A stretch of 64,000 nucleotides of DNA from Eledone cirrhosa (taxonomy: Eukaryota): NCBI GenBank assembly GCA_964016885.1, contig OZ024741.1, positions 384,524,001 to 384,588,000 of the forward strand. Reading direction: 5' to 3'. The notes under the pieces are model-generated. The model made no database searches and was not told where the DNA came from. It saw only the letters and a list, made by a program, of their open reading frames with translations. A program made the translations under genes and the position numbers. Positions 57,229 to 64,000 of this stretch are shown here, piece by piece (position 1 is the stretch's first letter; the number at the start of each line of letters is the position of its first letter).

Positions 57229-57972
57229 GCAGTCAAAACAAAAAAGGCAGAAATATTAAAGCAAATAATCCTAAAAATTTGTTGTTTTCTTTCTGTCACA
57301 GGGAGTGGTCAATGATCTGGGATGTCACGTACATGGTTAAATTCCTTCATAGCGGTGGGGGCGGGATGAACTGGCCTAAAGTACAAAGGGGAGGGAGTAA
57401 GAGGACAGTCTGACTTGTGGGTGCCAAGCCAGCCATGCGTTAAGAGAGAAATCTGTACAACTATATTTCATTTATAGAGGCGTAAACCTACAATTCAAAG
57501 AAGTAAGAGTATAATTTCAGCATGTAAGAATCAAGGTAGTTAGAGAGTGTAAGTAAGTATGCCAAATCTAACACTTAGCTAAAGAGCAAAGCATTTAGAT
57601 GTTAATACTAATTCAGTTCCTAATAAAGAAATTTAGTTATCAATTACTCTAATGCACAGGAAGGGCACCTCAATACACTAATTTACTAGTATTTTCTTTT
57701 ATAATGATACACCCCCCAAAAAATCAACCTTAGTCTAGTAAGGTGTCACAGCTATGTGTTCGACCGGTTCCATGTATATTTAACAACAGTGAAAATATTC
57801 CGGGTTAACCTAAGGAAGATTAGGAACTGTTTATAATAGTGTAGATATGCAAAGATCCACCTAAGTATAATTAGAGTGTGTAACTAACGAAGAAAAAATT
57901 CTATTTCTACCTAAGTATGCTTGGGATTTCCTCTATCTTAGTTTGTAATTGGGAAGGAGATACAGCCGAGGT

Positions 57973-58430
57973 CTACCCACCTGGGTCGTGAGGGGGGTTG
58001 AAGGTAATGTATGTCCTATGTATTCTGTGTTTACACGAGGTAACGAGTACATCCTTTTTGTTTAACAATTGATCCTTTGCAAACAGCATCTGGATCATTT
58101 CCTCCGAACATAAATTGCACGTACGGCGTCCTCCCAAGTATGATTTTGCCCTCAAAAGTATGCTCCAACTTAGATGGCATGTAATATTGTTGTGTTGGAG
58201 GTCCCAAATATGGCCAGAAAGTGCTGTTGTGTGTCGTCGGGCCGGATTTCTAAGTGAATGTTGGTGTTGGTAATACCGGGTCTTACATCGCAGGCGGTTA
58301 ATCCGTGGACCTTGTTAGAGTGTTCCGTCCTCACATTGCACTGGTAGACCACGTTTCGTTCGCGGCATCTGTTGTTGAGGCGGCACGATGATCTATCCAG
58401 ACAATTGTAACTCCTAATTTGATCACTGCT
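57973..58430 (-). pseudogene. PLE GIY-YIG 3' fragment; 3' region continues to about 57035
   Basis: NCLDRSSCRLNNRCRERNVVYQC; CNLCSEEM..LLNKKD..CKH. Confidence 0.85.
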
Positions 58431-58511
<81 letters not shown>

Positions 58512-58833
58512 AGATAAATCTACCAAAATATAGGGTAGTGTCCAATCCGTATGAAGAACTCAATGTAATCCAAATATCATGAAAAGAGAAGATGCATTCA
58601 AAAGTTTTCGATGAAAATCCCAGGAAAACAGAGTCAAGATAAATTAATAAAAACAATGAATAAAAACAAAGAACAAGTTCCTTATATTAAAAAATTCATC
58701 AGTTTGTAAATTTTTTACATGGATCTATATGATATACATACCAGCACACATATATATCCTAGAAACGATCGTAAAATGATGAATTTTTTAATATAAGGAA
58801 CTTGTTCTTTGTTTTTAATCATTGTTTTTATTA

Positions 58834-58889
<56 letters not shown>

Positions 58890-58968
58890 TTATTTATTAA
58901 AATAACAGATTAAAGTTTAAGCAAAGAATCGCTGCTTTCACCCTTTTAGTCTTCAAATTTATTATTAA

Positions 58969-59002
<34 letters not shown>

Positions 59003-59007
<5 letters not shown>

Positions 59008-60720
59008 GGGGGGAGTCCTTCATCAGTGACCCTCCAACCGTCCCAGGCATTTCATCGCTTTAAGGGCCATATACCTCAGGTTGGTGCGAACAACGGCTAA
59101 AAAAAGTCGTTGGGACACGTAAATAAAGAGAACGTTAGGGTGAACAAACAAAATGGTTTAAGCAACAGAAAGTGAGAGGAAAGAGACAAGTCCCAGATTT
59201 CTATGAATATAAACTCGATAAAATCGTGAACTACTAGAGAATAAAGACCATCAGACCTGGTTGAAATGTGAGCAAGGAAGGAATTTCGCACAGGTCTAAC
59301 GGGAGGAAGAAGAAGAAGGGGTCTGTCTGCGAATTCGGTAAACATAAGTTCTGTGAAGACGCAGACGAGAGAGAGAGAGAAAAAAAATTCATACCGGCTT
59401 GGCCAAGAGTGCGCGAGAAAAGAAATCGGACAGGTCAAGCGGGAAGAAAGAGGAGTGGAGGAGAGGTAGTGACAGGGTATGAGTGAGTGAAAGTTGAGGA
59501 AGAGGCTAACAGAGAGAGAGACTGCTAGAAAGGGTAAAGATACAAAGAGAGAAACAGACGGGTGGCAGCAGAGGAAAAAATATGTGTAAATATGATAATT
59601 ATGGAGCTGCGGCGTTGCAAATGGGTTACATATAAAAAAGGCGGTATGAATTTTTTTTCTCTCTCTCTCTCGTCTGCGTCTTCACAGAACTTATGTTTAC
59701 CGAATTCGCAGACCAGACCCCTTCTTCTTCTTCCTCCCGTTAGACCTGTGCGAAATTCCTTCCTTGCTCACATTTCAACCAGGTCTGATGGTCTTTATTC
59801 TCTAGTAGTTCACGATTTTATCGAGTTTATATTCATAGAAATCTGGGACTTGTCTCTTTCCTCTCACTTTCTGTTGCTTAAACCATTTTGTTTGTTCACC
59901 CTAACGTTCTCTTTATTTACGTGTCCCAACGACTTTTTTTAGCCGTTGTTCGCACCAACCTGAGGTATATGGCCCTTAAAGCGATGAAATGCCTGGGACG
60001 GTTGGAGGGTCACTGATGAAGGACTCCCCCCCCCCTTTTTTATATGTAGCCCATTTGCAACGCCGCAGCTCCATTATTATCATATTTACACATATTTTTT
60101 CCTCTGCTGCCACCCGTCTGTTTCTCTCTTTGTATCTTTACCCTTTCTAGCAGTCTCTCTCTCTGTTAGCCTCTTCCTCAACTTTCACTCACTCATACCC
60201 TGTCACTACCTCTCCTCCACTCCTCTTTCTTCCCGCTTGACCTGTCCGATTTCTTTTCTCGCGCACTCTTGGCCAAGCCGGTATGAATTTTTTTTCTCTC
60301 TCTCTCTCGTCTGCGTCTTCACAGAACTTATGTTTACCGAATTCGCAGACCAGACCCCTTCTTCTTCTTCCTCCCGTTAGACCTGTGCGAAATTCCTTCC
60401 TTGCTCACATTTCAACCAGGTCTGATGGTCTTTATTCTCTAGTAGTTCACGATTTTATCGAGTTTATATTCATAGAAATCTGGGACTTGTCTCTTTCCTC
60501 TCACTTTCTGTTGCTTAAACCATTTTGTTTGTTCACCCTAACGTTCTCTTTATTTACGTGTCCCAACGACTTTTTTTAGCCGTTGTTCGCACCAACCTGA
60601 GGTATATGGCCCTTAAAGCGATGAAATGCCTGGGACGGTTGGAGGGTCACTGATGAAGGACTCCCCCCCTTTTTTATATGTAACCCATTTGCAACGCCGC
60701 AGCTCCATTATTATCATATT

Positions 60721-60724
<4 letters not shown>
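59003..60724. mobile_element. Young retrozyme-like array: one inverted monomer (59003-59640, -) plus about 1.7 tandem monomers (59642-60724, +), period 637 nt
   Basis: Near-identical copies, no credible ORF, flanked by (TA)n, one permuted HHR per monomer. Confidence 0.9.
59950..60020 (+). ncRNA. Non-circularly permuted (pseudoknotted) hammerhead; copies also at 60587-60657 (+) and 59019-59089 (-)
   Basis: TCGC-A-CCAACC-TG-AGGTAT-A|TGGCCCT-TAAA-GCGA-T-GAAA-TGCCT-GGGAC-GGTTGG-AGGGTCA-CTGATGA-A. Confidence 0.75.
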
Positions 60725-60782
<58 letters not shown>

Positions 60783-60789
<7 letters not shown>

Positions 60790-61349
60790 AATGGCGTGCT
60801 GCGTGGTTGCACATGGGTTACATATGAATAAAATTAGTCCTTCATCAGTGATCTTCCAGCCTTCATTTGTATTTTTTCGCTTTAAAGACCATATACCTCT
60901 GGTTGGTGCGAGCAATAACTAAAGAAAGCTATTGGGACACGTAAAATAGGGTGAAGCGAGCGAGACATGTAAACAAACAAAGATGGTAATGCAACGGAAA
61001 GATAGGAAGAAGAGAAACAAGTCCGTGATATCGGTGAACTTAAGTTCTGTGAAATCATAGACGAGGTGAGATACAGACCATCCGACCTGTGTGAGATATG
61101 AGCGAGAAAAGGATTTCACACAGGTCAAACGGGAGGAAGTGAGAGAGGGGGAGAAGCAGAGAGTGAGTGAGTGAAAGTGTGAGGAAGAGGCCAGCGGAGA
61201 GAGAGTGACTGGCAGAGGGGGTAAAAAGAAGGTGAGAGATACAGAGAAAGGGGAAGCAGTAAGAAAAAAACAGACAGGTCGCAGCGGAGGAAAAAATATA
61301 AATATATGAAAAATGGCGTGCTGCGTCGTTGCACATGGGTTACATATGA

Positions 61350-61352
<3 letters not shown>
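60783..61352 (-). mobile_element. Older relative of the 637-nt unit: 522-nt period, short terminal direct repeat, decayed permuted HHR (60841-60911)
   Basis: TATGAAAAATGGCGTGCTGCGT..GGGTTACATATGAATA at 60783 and 61305; GAAA mutated to AAAA. Confidence 0.75.
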
Positions 61353-61381
<29 letters not shown>

Positions 61382-61599
61382 GATCGAGTATCGAAAAATC
61401 GGCGCACGAGTTCACGATAAACGAAATTCGATATGAGCGGCAGAGGGCTCAATAATTCAGATGAATCAGAGCTATAACTATCGTTAAAATACCGTCACAT
61501 ATAGAACAAGTCTACAATCAACCATACGATTTAAAATCGATAAAGGAAGATTCGGGCCAAACAGATAAAAAATATCAATAAAACAATACGTCAATAATT

Positions 61600-61641
<42 letters not shown>

Positions 61642-61993
61642 AGAGTTTGGGGCCAATGGCTGAGCTCTTGCCGTTTCGACAGCTAGTTCCAGACGGTTAA
61701 TAAACAGACTTACAGTCAACTGGCCATTTCATCCGGGGAGTGGCTTGTCCATATAAGGGTAAATGTGCTTTATAGGATGTTAAAGAAAAGTTTTAGAATA
61801 AATTGATTATATTTTATACACATATTATAGATATATTTTTTTTAATATAATTTCCGGGAGTGGCTGCGCAAGTTTGTGTATGTGTATGTGTTTGTGTTGT
61901 CTGGATGTTTCATTACTTATGTGGGGGTGGGTAAGTTGGAGTTGGAAGAATTGCCAAGGGGGAGATATAATGTATTTATCATCTTGATTTATT

Positions 61994-62066
<73 letters not shown>

Positions 62067-62145
62067 TTCTACGTGGCGCTCGCCATTCCTGTTGTCGGAC
62101 TGGTCAGATAACCTAGCCAGTAATTGACGCCACCTAAAAACGCTA

Positions 62146-62214
<69 letters not shown>

Positions 62215-62294
62215 TGTTTCTAATTTGGCATGAGGCCAGCAATTTAAAGGTGATTAAATCGACCCAGTGCATCACTGGTACTTTATTAAAAAAG

Positions 62295-63833
62295 AGATAG
62301 ATAGATATGTTTCTTTTATTTGCCACCAGGGCATCAAAAGTGGGACAAGTACAAAGGGGGGAGTTTACACAAAAAGGCGTCCTCAATAAGGAGGAGGCAA
62401 TAACAAAATATAAAAATAAAATAAAATATAACAAAAAATAAAATTTATAACAAAATCCTCAATAGAGAGGAGGCGCCTTGGGGGGTCGCACACACCCCCG
62501 AAAAAAGTGTGTAACCCTTTTCCTCAGGAGTACAGAGAGGGGGTGCTCCCTCGTTCCTTCCTCTTTTCCACCTACAGGCTTATGTAAAGAGAAGGCCCAT
62601 TCACACGGGCCATTCTCGCCACTTTCACCCACCTTTCATAAAAACGACTGGGGTGGAGCACCTCTCTCTCCATCCTGATCCTTCTTCCGAAATGGTATCG
62701 GAAGAAATGGACCAGTTGTTGGCCAGAGAGAAAGGTGCCTGACCTCAGTCCTTTCAGACGCGTCCACCATACAACTTCTTTCACCATGGCTATTACGCAC
62801 AGAAACACCGCCTCTGCTTCATCTTTGAAGGGGGGAGGCGGCTTGATCATTACAATAGACTCGGTGGTCAACCGGATCGGTCCCACCCTTGACAGCAGTT
62901 GTTCGACATAGCCCCACAGATCGGCTACGCCCGAGCAGTTTACCAATGCGTGTGCAACGGTTTCCTCGTCGCACACGCATCTGGGACAGATTTTTTTGGC
63001 GGGGTCCCTACCCGGGCGCCCGTGTCTGTAGAGCCTTTCTCGAACGGGTAAAGCTCCTCGGTAGCACTGCCAGGCCAGGGACTTCTGGAAGTTGTCCATA
63101 GGTCCCGGGCTGAATGTCCTACCGAACAGGCTGGCCAGTTCGTCCTCCTCCATGTCTAGGGCTTCTCCGAGGGCGTCGTCGCACCTGCTGCGTACCAGCC
63201 CTCTATAGAATGTTGCGGTGGAGTCTCCACTGATAACCGGATCCGCCTGCCAGAGGGCGGTGAGCGCCTGGGCACACTCAGTGTACCAGGCGCCCAGTTT
63301 TCTCGGTCTTTGCTTGACCCAGGATTGCAGCTCGATGAGTGAGACGAGTCTGGGAAAGGTTCGTCTCACAAACGAGGCCCACACCGGTTGACCGGTGAGG
63401 AACGCGTAGAGGTGCCGTAGCCTTAATGCGTGTTTACGCATCATTAGCCACGGCATCCCCAGCCCTCCTTTCGAAGGGTGTTGACAGCATATGGATCTCC
63501 TCACCATAGGAGCCCGCCTCTTCCAAAGGAATTGGAAGAGCGCGCGCTCCATCTTGGTGAGGGTTTCCCTTGGGCAGGGCACTACGGTCAGGCGGTAGTA
63601 GATGACGGACGCTATATAGGTGTTCGCCACCTCCGCCCGACCTTTCAGGGATAGTTTGCAACTGGCCCACTTCTGGGTCAGTGCAAACACCCTGTTCGTA
63701 ACCTCCGCCCAGTTTTTCTCCACCTGGAGGTCCGGTCCGAACCAGACCCCGAGCAACTTCACCGGGCCCTCCGTCCAGCGTCCGACGACGCCATCGGAGG
63801 GCATCGGTCTGCCCCTCCACGTGCCGAGTTGCA
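62295..63833 (-). mobile_element. 5'-truncated L1/Tx1-type LINE: ORF2 C-terminus (62572-63833) + 3' UTR + (TATC)n tail
   Basis: KLLGVWFG, LSLKGRAEVAN, KGGLGM and the CCHC finger CPRCVCDEETVAHALVNC; GC-rich open frame. Confidence 0.9.
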
Positions 63834-63834
63834 A

Positions 63835-64000
63835 AAGAGATAGATATGTTTCTTTTATTTGCCACAAGGGCATCAAAAGTGGGACAAGTACAATGGGGGG
63901 AGTTTACAAAACAAGGCGTCCTCAATAGGGAGGAGGCAATAACAATATATAAAAATAAAATAAAGTATAACAAAAAATAGAATTATAACAAAATCCTCAA
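63835..64000 (-). mobile_element. 3' UTR/tail of a second copy of the same LINE, head to tail
   Basis: Repeats 62300-62462 (GATAGATATGTTTCTTTTATTTGCCAC..). Confidence 0.88.

Noticed and set aside
59562-60579. Repeated 98-126-aa ORFs in the 637-nt unit
   Set aside because: Low complexity, no motif, not conserved in the diverged relatives.
61648-61738. Relative of the GAGCTC-loop HHR (minus strand)
   Set aside because: Core and stem I are degenerate; cannot be called a ribozyme.
63834-63876. N-terminus MMPLWQIKETYLSL of the 434-aa ORF
   Set aside because: Comes from the 3' UTR of the neighbouring LINE copy; not a real start.

Overview
AT-rich, microsatellite-dense eukaryotic DNA with no recognisable host gene. 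The SINE families resemble those of octopus/cephalopods (inference). Most ORFs in the track are repeat artefacts. The real coding remnants are five to six decayed Penelope-like elements (PLE; RT + C-terminal GIY-YIG), a Tx1/L1-type LINE 3' end, RTE-type LINE fragments and a deleted mariner. Also present are a non-autonomous Helitron, two MITEs, many tRNA-type SINEs, a 5S-headed SINE-like chimera, a 17-bp satellite and a 39-bp minisatellite amplified from a SINE segment. The notable signal is a dense set of hammerhead-ribozyme (HHR) folds in PLE 3' ends and in small non-coding, (TA)n-embedded units with tandem and inverted (pLTR-like) architecture. These include (i) a covariation-supported, non-circularly permuted, pseudoknotted HHR in a 637-nt tandem unit, (ii) two unrelated families whose core reads UUGANAA (C3-G8 replaced by U3-A8), and (iii) variants with a U-U pair closing stem II. 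All folds were read by eye; catalytic activity is untested.
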